A DNA stretch of 64,000 nucleotides. It comes from Octopus vulgaris (taxonomy: Eukaryota). Below the pieces are notes generated by a model. That model ran no database searches. It saw only the letters and a program-made list of their open reading frames with translations, and was not told where the DNA came from. How positions within the stretch are numbered: the stretch's first letter is position 1; each line of letters starts with the position of its first letter. Of this stretch, positions 1 through 12,144 are shown one piece after another. Made by a program: the position numbers and the translations under genes. The DNA is taken from the NCBI GenBank assembly GCA_951406725.2, contig OX597833.1, positions 42,842,001 to 42,906,000 of the forward strand, written 5' to 3'.

Positions 1-544
1 TAGGCATGTATGTATGTATTATGTATGTGAGTATGTGTGAGTGTTTGTGTGCGCGTGACTATGTGTGTTGTGTCTATTCCACACCCAACGATTGAAAACC
101 GGTGGTGATTTGTTTACGATATTGTAACGTGACGGCTCTGCAAAAGAGACCGATAGAATAAGTATCAGAGATAAGGACAACTACGTACTGAGGTCAGTGT
201 ATCAGTCAAAAACCTCTGAAGGCGGTGCCTCAGTCTAATCACGAAAACAGGGAAAGGATACAGGATGAAGATCACTTTCAGTTAATCTAATCGTTCTTCA
301 TCCAAGTCAATGTTGTTGTTGTTCTAGTTATTGTGGTTTAGACCTAACTCAGCCTTCATCGAGCTAACATATGATCCAAGGGTTTCCCGAACATAAGCTT
401 CCCGACATTTTATAATTACGAACGTATACATTGTTACGTATTTGATTTCGAGGTTCCTGGTTCGAAATCGTGTGTTGAAGCATATATTGTTATATTCCAA
501 GATTATCATTTTTTTTTGTTAAATAAACACATGCACTATATTCT

Positions 545-752
545 TTCTTTTACTTGTTTCAGTCATTTGACTGCAGCCATGCTGGAGAACCGCCTCTAGT
601 CGTGCAAATCGACCCCAGAGCTTATTATCTGTAAGCCTAGTACTTATTCTATCGGTTTATTTTTTTTACCGAACCGCTAAGTTACAGGAACGTAAAAACA
701 CCGGCATCGGTTGTCAAGCGATGTTGGAGGGACAACAAGGACGCACAAACAC

Positions 753-847
<95 letters not shown>

Positions 848-1005
848 CTATGGGCTTCTTTCAGTTTCCGTCTACCAAATCCACTCACAAGACTTTGGTC
901 AGCTCGAGGCTATTGTAGAGGACACTTGCCCAAGGTGCCACACAGTAGGACTGAACCTAGAACCATGTGGTTCGTAAGCAAGCTACTTACCAAACAGCCA
1001 TTCCT
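545..1005 (-). mobile_element. tRNA-derived SINE, family A (head GGCGCAGGAGTGGCTGTGTGG, internal (GT)n/(TA)n, tail GACTGAAACAAGTAAAAGA)
   Basis: Colinear with copies at 5741-6103, 6397-6816 and 11125-11560; B-box-like GGTTCAGTCC on the minus strand. Confidence 0.85.
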
Positions 1006-1402
1006 GACTTCAGATTTATTTTCTTATTGTTCTTATTTCATGCCTTTTCTCTGAAAGTCTTTCGTCACACATCCCGTGATCTCTTCAACCACTCTCTATC
1101 CCAGGAGTGTCATCTTGTCCTGTTGTTGTTTACATTATTTAAAACGGTAGGATCTTATATCCAACAGGTCGAACAAGCGTACAGAAGCACACTCTTTGGT
1201 TTGTGTTGAAAAATTATTAACGTGACATTGTCGTTGGTAAAATGTGACGCCTGTATTAAGTATGCGTGCGTGTTCGTGTCTGTGTGTGTGTGGGAAGGGT
1301 GTATGTGTGTATGCGTGTGTGTGCACGCTCACATTTATATAAATCTCTGCTTGCCCGTATTGCTGCGTGTCAGCCTGTGGTCGAATTTGTATGTGTAAAC
1401 GA

Positions 1403-1473
<71 letters not shown>

Positions 1474-1598
1474 TGTGTGTGTGTGTGTGTGTATGCAAAA
1501 ATTTAGATTCGAATGAATATGGTACTTAATTTAGATGTACCAGAATTTTGTATGGTGTTACCCATAAAAATTTGTTGGGTGATTATAATCAAAATAAT

Positions 1599-1789
1599 CA
1601 ACAAGAATGACTCCGGTAATTTGGTACAATCGTTTCGCACTACATCATTTTATTAAATGTTGTAAGTATTACAACAGATTTAAGATGCTGAGTACTCATC
1701 AGCCAATTATCTGTTGTAATACTTACAACATTTAATAAAATGATGTAGTACGAAGCGATTGTACCAAATTACCGGAGTCATTCTTGTTG
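1599..1789. repeat. Hairpin element with ~80-bp inverted arms, Penelope-like pLTR remnant
   Basis: 1600-1679 is the near-perfect reverse complement of 1709-1789; contains a hammerhead motif. Confidence 0.85.
1618..1708 (-). ncRNA. Type I hammerhead ribozyme motif with long stem II insert
   Basis: Minus strand reads aattgg CTGATGA gtact...agtgc GAAAC gatt GTA ccaaatt; stems I, II and III can pair and the core is intact. Confidence 0.75.
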
Positions 1790-1828
1790 CTCATTTTGAG
1801 TATATGTGTGTGTGTGTGTGTGTGTGTG

Positions 1829-1890
<62 letters not shown>

Positions 1891-2598
1891 GTACGTGTAC
1901 ATGTCTGTAAATTTCGGTGTGCCCTATGCGTGATTGCGTATGTTTGTGAATGCGAGCCGGCCAGTGTTTGCGTTTTCGTATGTGTGTGTGTTTGTTTGTT
2001 AGTGTATGTGTGTATGTGAGTGTGAGTGAGTGTGTGTGTGTGTGTGTGTATGTGTGATGTCTTCATTAAGAGGTTTGCTCGATCCCCAACTCCCTATTTC
2101 ATGTCTTTACACCCTCCACTCCCAAGCTGTGTCCTCCCCGTCTCCATACTCCTAACTCGAAGGTTTTTATTTTTATCTTAACCAGTCACCCCTAACAGAA
2201 TGTTAAGTAACCCGAACAACCCTGCGCCACAAATCTGCTGAGTTCTCTCTAAAACGCCAAATCTCAAAAACACAAATACATACACACATACTTTTTTATA
2301 TATATATACACACACATGTATATGCGCATATGCATACGCAATAGGCGTACATGACCACGAACATGTATATACGAATATATGGAAATTTACATATACGTAT
2401 ATACGTCACATACATGCGTAATGATATAATTATATCTGTAAACACATCTATATATCTACATAGAAAGATGCATACATACATACATACATACATACATACA
2501 TACATACATACATACATACATACATACATACATGCATACATACATACATACATACTTACATACAGTGACGTGTATATACACAGGAACATGCGCACACT

Positions 2599-2828
2599 GG
2601 CGGAGAGCTGTCAGAAACGTTAGCAAGCTGGGCGAAATGCTTAGCGGTATTTCGTCTGCCGTTACGTTGTGAGTTCAAATTCCGCCGAGGTCGACTTTGC
2701 CTTTCATCCTTTCGGGGTCGATAAATTAACTACCAGTTGCGCACTGGGGTCGATATAATCGACTTAATCCCTTTGTCTGTCCTTGTTTGTCCCTTCTGTG
2801 TTTAGCCCCTTGTGGATAGTAAAGAAAT
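2599..2828 (+). mobile_element. tRNA-derived SINE, family B (Nin/Deu-like core GCCTTTCATCCTTTCGGGGTCGATAAA)
   Basis: A-box-like GAGCTGTCAGAAACG, B-box GAGTTCAAATTCC and a conserved core shared with many copies in the window. Confidence 0.85.
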
Positions 2829-3420
2829 ATATATCTGTAAACACATCTATATATGCATACATACATACATACATACATACTTACATAGATATATACATAC
2901 AGTGACGTGTATATACACAGGAACATGCGCACGCACGCCCACACATGCTCAGTTACACACACACAGTCGCAAATACACAACTACTTTAGCCGGACACACG
3001 TACATATGCACACATATATGCCCTCCCGTATACATCCACTTGTACACCCACACGCACACACACACTCACACACACACACATCCATCAACACACCCACACA
3101 CGTACACACACAGAAGCCACAACTTTCTTTCTTGTCTTTCCTTTATTCAATACATCTTTTATTTTTGTTCTTTCCTCGTTTGTTTTTGTTTTTCTTTTCC
3201 TTTTCCAGTTTAGTTGCACTTTGCATTCATTGCTTCTATTGTTTCCTTCTTCCTATTTGGAACCCTGTAGGTGGTAGATTGGCCGGATTGTTAGAGCGCC
3301 GGACAAAATTCCTCGCGGTATTTAATTACAGCATATTAGTTCTGAGTTCAAATCTTGCTGACGTCAACATTGCCTTTCATCCCGACACCAACCAAATACT
3401 GGGATCGAATTCATTAATTT

Positions 3421-3463
<43 letters not shown>

Positions 3464-3554
3464 TGTATGATGTGTGTATATATATATACACACACATCAT
3501 ACAATCATATATATATATGGTGAGCAAGCTATTTACCACACAGCCACTCTTGCG

Positions 3555-3598
<44 letters not shown>

Positions 3599-3656
3599 CG
3601 CATGAGTGTGTTGTGTGTATAGATGTGTGTGTATATATATATACACACATCATACA

Positions 3657-3805
3657 ATCTGATAGCCTGGTCGGTCACGGTGACGGTTACATATATATAT
3701 ATTCTTTCAGTTTCCGTCTACCAAATCCACTCACAAGGCTTTGGACTGAAGCCGGAACCATGTGGCTGGTGAGCAAGCTATTTACCACACAGCCACTCTT
3801 GCGCC

Positions 3806-3841
<36 letters not shown>

Positions 3842-3858
3842 ACACAGCCACTCTTGCG

Positions 3859-3894
<36 letters not shown>

Positions 3895-3911
3895 CGCAAG
3901 AGTGGCTGTGT

Positions 3912-3952
<41 letters not shown>

Positions 3953-4150
3953 CGCAAGAGTGGCTGTGTGGTAAATATATATATATATATATATATATGT
4001 AGGCGCAAGAGTGGCTGTGTGGTAAATAGCTTGCTCACCAGCCACATGGTTCCGGCTTCAGTCCAAAGCCTTGTGAGTGGATTTGGTAGATGGAAACTGA
4101 AAGAATATATATATATGTAACCGTCACCGTGACCGACCAGGCTATCAGAT
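3657..4150. repeat. Near-perfect ~490-bp palindrome centred on (TA)n, built from SINE pieces
   Basis: atctgatagcctggtcggtcacgg... at 3657 mirrors ...ccgtgaccgaccaggctatcagat ending at 4150. Confidence 0.85.
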
Positions 4151-4424
4151 GTTGCTACACATCGCTGGTCACAATGCGCTTCGCATTGTTTTAACCTTCA
4201 AATGACGCCACCCCGCTGGCTAAGCGAGCAGGCCAACAGAAGAAAGAGTGAGAGAAAGTTGTGGCGAAAGAGTACAGCAGGGATCACCACCATCCCCTGC
4301 CGGAGCTCGTGGAGCTTTAGGTATTTTCGCTCAATAAACATTCACATCGCCCGGTCTGAGAATCGAAATCGCGATCCTACGACCACGAGTCCGCTGCCCT
4401 AACCACTGGGCCATTGCGCCTCCA
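4119..4424 (-). mobile_element. tRNA-derived SINE, family C (head GGAGGCGCAATGGCCCAGTGGTTAGGGC)
   Basis: A-box TGGCCCAGTGG and B-box-like TTCGATTC on the minus strand; homologous to 47713-48020 and 12703-12899. Confidence 0.85.
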
Positions 4425-4430
4425 CACACA

Positions 4431-4513
<83 letters not shown>

Positions 4514-4529
4514 GTGTGTGTATATGTTT

Positions 4530-4720
4530 GCGTGTGTGTATGTGTTTCTCACCCCAACATCGCTTGACAACCGATGCTGGTGTGTTTACGTCCCCGTAAC
4601 TTAAACGGTTCGGCAAAAGAGACTGATAGAATAGGTACTAGGCTTACAAAGAATAAGTCCTGGGGTCGATTTGCTCGACTAAAGGCGGTGCTCCAGTATG
4701 GCCGCAGTCAAATGGCTGAA
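4530..4720 (+). mobile_element. SINE family A, 3' half
   Basis: caacatcgcttgacaaccgatgctgg...gcagtcaaatggctgaaa matches the other family A copies. Confidence 0.8.
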
Positions 4721-4763
4721 AGATGGAAATGGAATTATGATAGAAGACTAAAATTATGTATTG

Positions 4764-4980
4764 CGAGTGAGTGCTGAAAATTTTCTGGTTTTGGGTAAAA
4801 GAAAATACCGGAGGATCAATTAATTATAATTTTATTCAACATATTCCACTTTCAGATTCACACACTTATTACAGCGGTCCTTCAGTTTTTCTAAGCCCTG
4901 TTAAAGAACTTGGAAGGTTGGGCCTCCAACCAGGCCTTTCGCGGTGACCTTAAAGCCAGGGGCTTTTCTGCAACCCCTTG
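4764..4980 (-). mobile_element. Internally deleted mariner derivative (MITE-like)
   Basis: Imperfect TIRs, TA at 4981-4982; minus strand encodes WLEAQPSKFF...DRCNKCVNLKVEYVE*, the mariner transposase C-terminus. Confidence 0.7.
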
Positions 4981-5740
4981 TACGTCACGAGAATTTAGAA
5001 AGTTCGTGAGATGTGTAAATAAATCGCTTTTAACGGTGGGAATTGAAGTAAATATAGCTTTCTTCTCGAGGCACAAGGTGTGATATTTAGTGGGGTGGGG
5101 AAATGGTGAGTCATTTACATCGAACCCAGTTTGCAGATGATATTTGTTTTATCGACTCCGAAGGATGTGAGGAAGTTGACCTCTGAACGTAAAACCGGAA
5201 GAAACGACTCGAATTATTTCGTCCGGCATGCTAACGATTCTGCCAGTTCACCATCGTGGAGGATATAGGGTTGAAGAACCCTCTTGTTCATATAATTGTA
5301 GGACGTCACTCAACCTTCATTATGTTCATATACATCTATCAAAATACATACATACACGCATACACACGCTTGTGTATGTATGATATATGAATGTGAATAA
5401 TTGTATATGTCTGTGTGTGTGTGTGTGCGTACATATGTATGTATGTATGTCAGTTGCGTATCTATTTTCCAGTTGATTAAGTTTTCAAATTACTTTGCAA
5501 AAGAGAAAGGACGGATCTCCAACGCAAAAACTAAGATCTTTCACTTGAAATTAACATCGACTGAATGATCATTAAGGCGTTTTGCTTATGCTTATATTGA
5601 TCTGTCTGTATGTATTTTCACATGCATGCATCTCATTGCACTTGAAATTTGCACTTTGTTTATATTGACGTCTACAAGCACGTACGCTTGTATACGTATA
5701 TATAAATGTGCGTGTGTGTGTGTGTGTGTGTATATATATG

Positions 5741-5870
5741 TTACGAACTACATGGTTCCGGGTTCAGTCCCACTGCATGGCACCTTGGGCAAGTGTCTTC
5801 TACCATAGCCTCGAGCCGACCAAAGCCTTGTGAGTAGATTTGGTAGACAGAAACTGAAAGAAGCCCGTCG

Positions 5871-5901
<31 letters not shown>

Positions 5902-6103
5902 ATATGTTTGTGTGTGTGTGTGTTTGCCCCCCCCCCAACATCGCTTGACAACCGATGCTGGTGTGTTTACGTCACTGTAACTTAGCGGTTCGACAAAAGA
6001 GACCGATAGAATAAGTACTAGGCTTACAAAAAATAAGTCCTGGGGTCGATTTGCTCCAGCATGGTTACAGTCAAATGGCTGAAACAAGTAAAAGAGTAAA
6101 AGA
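5741..6103 (+). mobile_element. SINE family A
   Basis: High similarity to the other family A copies. Confidence 0.85.
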
Positions 6104-6396
6104 GTATTTATACATACATAGGATGAAATTCCGTGATGCTTTAAAAAGAGTTCTATTAATCAATTGTAAATGTTATTTTGTAATTTACCGTGTCTTAATC
6201 TGGTTTTGTGAAACCCAGTTTCTTATAATTGGTGTTGAAACCTTTAATTACACAAACTGTCTACATGAGCAATGGAACGCACACAACCAAATACCAACCT
6301 CTCTCTGCAAATACTAATGACATTTTTTGCCTCCTCCTTTTTTGATGAGAAAACAAATCCTCTTGCTTTCATATATTTCTTTCTGCGATGGACATA

Positions 6397-6816
6397 CTCT
6401 CTCTTTTACTCTTTTACTTGTTTCAGTCATTTGACTTTGGCCATGCTGAAGCACCGCCTTTAGTCGAGCAAATCGATCCCAGGATTTATTCTTTATAAGC
6501 CTAGTACTTATTCTGTCGGTCTCTTTTGCCGAACTGCTAAGATACGGGGACGTAAACACACCAGCATCGGTTGTCAAACGATGTTGGGGGAACAAACACA
6601 GAAACACAAGCATATACACACACACATGCATACATATATATATACATATATACGAGGGGCTTCTTTCAGTTTCCATCTACCAAATCCACTCACAAGGCTT
6701 TGGTCGGCCCGAGGCTATAGTAGAAGACACTTGCCCAAGGTGCCACGCAGTGGGACTGAACCCAGAACCATGTGGTTGGTAAGCAAGCTACTTACCACAC
6801 AGTCACTCCTGCGCCT
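6397..6816 (-). mobile_element. SINE family A, near full length
   Basis: Head cactcctgcgcc ends near 6815; tail cttttacttgtttcagtc near 6411. Confidence 0.9.
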
Positions 6817-8108
6817 AAAGCATGTCTAAAAACGTTTAAAGTAATTTAATTTTATTAAACATGGCAGTCTGTTCGGGCCCCCTTTTAATCCCCCCCCCAC
6901 TGGGAACACTGCTAATATAATCACAGAATGCAAATAGAAATCTATTCTTCGGCTTCATTATCGACAGTTTTCATTAATGCGTCATAAATATTTTCTTTTT
7001 CTCATTAAAATCCTCTATGCAACAGATTTGTACCACTGTGTATATAATACTGTGGACAGTTACATTTTTCTTCTTTGTCCAGCTCATAATGTCTGATTTG
7101 TTTTATACTCTCTAGAGATTTCACTTATGTATGAAAAAGTACTATGGATTATCCTCTCTTTTGTCTGTAATATTAGAGTATGAACTTTTAGGAGATCTAG
7201 TTATCTATGAAGAACTGTGAACTTTCACTTTCCTGCTTTGCTTTCTCTTGATTTTCTACTTAGATGTATTTATACTCACTTCTGAATAACTAACTTGTGA
7301 ATGCTTTGATGTCATTAACAACCGCTTGTTCATTTACTATTTCATTATACTTTCATCAGCTCAGTCGCCGGTAGCCAACTCTTAATTGTCGGGAGTCCTT
7401 CTCCCATCGTTTGACGCTAGACTTTCGGTATTTGAGCCGGTGTGAGCACTAATCTGTGTCTATACCTGTGCTATATCTCTTTAAATGAATTTGTACCCAT
7501 TTTTTAGAGATGTTGACCGGGACAGTCCATCACTGTTCTTTCATATTACTGATGTGCATGTATATCATCCACATTAGTAAAACTATTTCAATTTTCAAGA
7601 GTGTCCTTTCTGCAAATTACAGTGTATAGTATTTTCATAGACAGATTGTGTTGTGACCACACTTTCGGATAGCTATTTATACTGATCACATCGTCGGGTC
7701 AATTTCACAGAATCTTCGGTTGTGTGAACTTGGTAATTTACCTACACCACTATCTCTTTTCTGCGTCAGGTATTTGATGTTATTCTTTATTCCTGGTTAC
7801 CACAGAAACAGATTCTTCAAAGTGAAAGCTAATATACCAGTTTTTCGTTCAAGATAGATTAGTTTCTTTAAGTTAACCATGCATAACTTTTTTCCTGATT
7901 AACAGAAAGCCTTTTCACCCCTGTGATCAAATGGGTCTGCGCAACTTGCCTGGTTGTGTATCTCTGGACATCAGTCAGAGAATCTTTTCAAAGGAACGTC
8001 TTTCGGATTTTTGATGATGTAGGTATATATACATGCATGTATGCATCTACATATGTATATTTGTATATCTATGCACGAATTTTATGTTGTATGTATTTAT
8101 GTACGCAT

Positions 8109-8144
<36 letters not shown>

Positions 8145-8307
8145 AGTTATTGCCAAGCTAATATAGCGGTCCATAAATCTAGGACGAAAGCTGCCTTTGA
8201 TTAACTCCAAGAGGCCATCGCCTCTAGCTAGCTATATGACACAAACCTGTGTCCATTATAACCTTCGAACAGGGGAGGTCAGCCGCTTCCCCTTGCTGGT
8301 CAGGCAT

Positions 8308-8348
8308 CTGCAGACATGCTTCAGGGTATTTGCCCTTTATCAATGCAG
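8308..8348 (-). ncRNA. Hammerhead ribozyme motif, U3-A8 variant with A15.1>G lesion
   Basis: Minus strand reads ctgca TTGATAA aggg caaata ccct GAAGC at GTC tgcag; perfect 5-bp stem I and 4-bp stem II. Confidence 0.65.
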
Positions 8349-8443
8349 AGTAGTCAAGCCCAGCAGGCGTCGCTGCTGACCGTCTGTTCGAAGGATTATT
8401 TACCTAATTTCAGTGGAATACATCCACTTGTCTTCAAAAATAG

Positions 8444-8534
<91 letters not shown>

Positions 8535-9465
8535 CATCTGTATTCATGTATTCATGTATGTATTTGTGCATGTGTATAGCGTATATGTACATGTGGCCAC
8601 AAATAAAAACATCAAGCCAAAATAGTTACCCCACTGACTTTTGGCAGCAATACTAGTAGCTACACAAAGCCTGTTTATTATAAAACTATTTACACCAATT
8701 CACTTCTGCTTTTTCACATACTTTTGTTGGCGTTTATTTATTTGTGCGTTTTGGTATAATTACACTTTTGCATACAGATTAGTCCATATATTTCTGTATT
8801 GTATACTTTTTTACTGTGTGTTTTCGTATATTATATATTTTGTATCGTAAATTTTTATACAGTAGATTAGCTTTTCATTTTAGCATTTATAATTTTAATA
8901 ATTCATTTAATTTATTTAAAGAAGCTGTAGCAAATGTTACAAAATCCAGAAGAATAGAGCTAGGAGACAGTTGTCAATGTAGCCAAGACCAAATTGGAAA
9001 TTTGTATCCTGGTCATATCTGGATTTTACTATAGCATATAAATATTGTATATAGAGATGCAATACAGATATACAGTACAGTATTGTGCTATTGTGTTGTA
9101 TATATTCATTGTATATTTGTATTTATCTTTTTATCGTTTACTGGCTTCAGTCATTGTACAGCGCACAGTATACACTACTTAAGTCTCATACATATTTTGT
9201 CTGTTTCTTTTACCGTGCCGTTGTTTTGAGGGGATGTAAGCTGACCAACACCGATTGTCAATCCATGAGGAAGATAATACACACATAAAGTCTCTCTTTC
9301 TCCCACATGCATATATATTCGATGAGCTTCCACACATTCTCCGGCTACTAAATTAACTCACAAGGCATTAGTCGACCAGGGGCTATAGTTGAGGACACTT
9401 TCCCAGAGTGCTACGAGTAGGACTGAACCCAAAACCACGTGGTTGAAAAGCAAGCTTCTTAATCA

Positions 9466-9521
9466 AACAGAGTGACTCAAGGTCCGTGCATTGGCACTCT
9501 CGAACTTTGAGTCACTCTGTT
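9466..9521. repeat. 56-bp hairpin with perfect 15-bp arms, possible minimal Tc1-like TIR remnant
   Basis: aacagagtgactcaa ... ttgagtcactctgtt. Confidence 0.6.
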
Positions 9522-9592
9522 ACTTCTACTAAATATTAATAAAAAAATATACTCATATTTTGAGCGAATTTTCGGTGTTTGCATCAACACAC

Positions 9593-9635
<43 letters not shown>

Positions 9636-9641
9636 TATATT

Positions 9642-9767
9642 AAAACAAGCAACAGGATATCATGTAGTAATGCAGTACGACCGTTTCAAGCGGTTCCATT
9701 TAATTGAACAATGCAAACATTGAAACAGTCGTACTGCATCACTACTTGATATCCTGTTGCTTATTTT
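9642..9767. repeat. Hairpin element with two outward-facing 3' half-hammerheads, next to (TA)n
   Basis: Arms 9642-9689 and 9720-9767; each reads tGAAAC rgtc GTA ctgca, with no CTGANGA half. Confidence 0.7.
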
Positions 9768-9983
9768 GATTTTATTCACCTTACTTCGAGCTGTGCGAAT
9801 AATATCGGACTGACTTGGTGCTTCAAGCTCAGTACCTAATTCAACTGAATCTCAGTTATTTCTTATATATATATAACATTATATTATATTATATTATGTT
9901 AGAGGAAAAAGAAAACGAAGACCAAAGCAGGACAAGTATCTCAAGTCATTTATAATATTTCCTTAGGGTAAGGTGAATTTGAA

Positions 9984-10059
9984 GTCTTACACCTGTTTCT
10001 GGTATATCTCAAGTGATAGGCTAGCATGTCCGTACACTTAGTATTCCGTCATCAGAGAC
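9984..10059 (-). ncRNA. Type I hammerhead ribozyme motif
   Basis: Minus strand reads gtct CTGATGA cgg...cca GAAAC aggt GTA agac. Confidence 0.7.
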
Positions 10060-10586
10060 AAGGTGAATATGTATAAAAGTTCTAAACAGGGAAATTCAGA
10101 GTTTATAAGGAATAAAATAGTAGGGAGAAGAATAAAGAGTGAAACAGCAGACAGAAGAATACAGACAGGAGAATAAAGTTCACGGCACATCTTTTTCCAA
10201 AGGGTATGGAGATTGGTCCGTACTTCTGTGAAGGTATAGGTCCTTAGGTATAATCCTAGGTAAATCAGGCAATATTTTGGCAGTATTCAGTATGAACGCA
10301 ACATTCAAAATACTGCCTGGATTTACTTGGGATTATACCTATTTCTTTATTACCCACAAGGGGCTAAACATAGAGGGTCAAACAAGGACAGACATAGGTA
10401 TTAAGTCGATTCTGCCAAAGGCCATATACCTTCACCGAAGTACAGACCAATCTCCATACTCTTTGGAAAAAGATGATCTGTGAATTTTATTCTCCTGTCT
10501 GTTTTCTTCTAACTACTGTTTTACTTTTTATTCTTCAACATATTCCTCAATCCTATAAACTCTGAATTTCCCTGTCTACTTACCTT

Positions 10587-10662
10587 GTCTCTGATGACGG
10601 AAAACCCAGTGTACGGACATGCTAGTCTATCACTTGGGATATACCTGAAACAGCTGTAAGAC
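10587..10662 (+). ncRNA. Type I hammerhead ribozyme motif
   Basis: gtct CTGATGA cgg...cct GAAAC agct GTA agac; stem III region is the palindrome ACAGCTGT. Confidence 0.8.
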
Positions 10663-10892
10663 TTCAAATTCACCTTACCCTAATGAAATATTCTAAATGA
10701 CCTGAGATACTTGTCTTGTCTTGGTTTTTGTTGTCCTTTTCCTTCGAATATAGTATATACCTGCTAACTCGAAAGCCTAATACGGATTACTAGCTCCAGC
10801 TTCAGCTGTGATCTTGGAACCTAACGGATGACCATTATAGCATTTACTCAGCATAACTGTTCGTTTAGATCACCAGGGAATTAACCCCTCAT

Positions 10893-11009
<117 letters not shown>

Positions 11010-11044
11010 ATATGAGGGGTTTAGTTCACACACATGTATATATA

Positions 11045-11124
<80 letters not shown>

Positions 11125-11127
<3 letters not shown>

Positions 11128-11560
11128 TGGCTGTGTGCTAAGTAGATTGCTAACCAACCACATGTTTCCGGGTTCAGTCCCACTGCGTGGCACCTTGGGC
11201 AAGTGTTTTCTACTATATAGCTCGAGCCGGCCAAATCCTTCTGATTGGATTTGGTAGAGGGAAACTGCAAGAAGCCTGTCGTATATATGTGATTGTGCGT
11301 GTGTGTGTGTGTGTGAGTGTGTATGTGTGTGTGTATATTTGTTTGTCTGTGTTTGTACCCCTCATCATCGCTTGGCAACCGATGTTAGTGTGTTTACGTC
11401 CCCGTAATTTAGCGCTTCGGCAAAAGAGGCCGATTGAATAAGTACTAGGCTTACAAAGAATAAGTCTTGGGATCACTTGTTCGACTAAAAAAAAAGTCGT
11501 ACCTCCAGCATGGCCGCAGTCAAATGACTGAAACAAACAAAAAGAAAGAATAAAAGAATA
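11125..11560 (+). mobile_element. SINE family A
   Basis: gagtggctgtgtg head through aaatgactgaaacaa tail. Confidence 0.85.
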
Positions 11561-12101
11561 AAAGTATATATATATATATATACACATATACACAAACACA
11601 TATACAATACGAATACACAATATGAATGATATACAACACAAGCATATAACAATATATTGTATATATATTGTTTTATATTGTATATTTATTTTGACTATTG
11701 CATCGTGTATTAGTACTGTATATTAGTAATGTATATGTGCATTGCATAACTTCATTGTATATTTGTTTGGTTATTAAACATTGCATGTCTCTAGTGTAGT
11801 AGCGTTTCTGAAAGTCTTGTCGTGACATAGAATTCCGTAATGTGAAATGTATCTTCCTATTGTCTTCTAAGTTATATAACATTGAAATCAATAGGAAGTA
11901 AACAAAGAAAAATCTTTCTAGTGAACAGCTAGGATTTGAAACGGAAATACTTCGATAGAATTGAAGAAAAATAAAACAACTGTAATATATGTATACATAC
12001 ATACACCCCCCCCCATACATACTTATATTTATATTTACAAATATATACATATATACATACATATCTATATTATATGTGAATATATATATATATATATATA
12101 T

Positions 12102-12142
<41 letters not shown>

Positions 12143-12144
<2 letters not shown>

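Larger units (their letters stand above)
9893..10760. mobile_element. ~870-bp diverged palindromic Penelope-like pLTR pair, with a SINE B fragment (~10341-10410) in the right arm
   Basis: 9893-10276 aligns by eye with the reverse complement of 10306-10760; one hammerhead per arm. Confidence 0.8.

Noticed and set aside
3780-4030. CRISPR-like repeat-spacer look of gcgcaagagtggctgtgtggtaaa copies
   Set aside because: The spacers are just (TA)n, the repeats switch orientation and are SINE heads, and there are no cas genes in this eukaryotic DNA.
7335-7362. Minus-strand CTGATGA...GAAA
   Set aside because: No convincing stem I or stem II.
6940-8020. Possible decayed LTR-retrotransposon gag/protease on the minus strand (KCGH, CNLQKGH, WTVPVNI)
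   Set aside because: Motifs are too fragmentary to call without a profile search.
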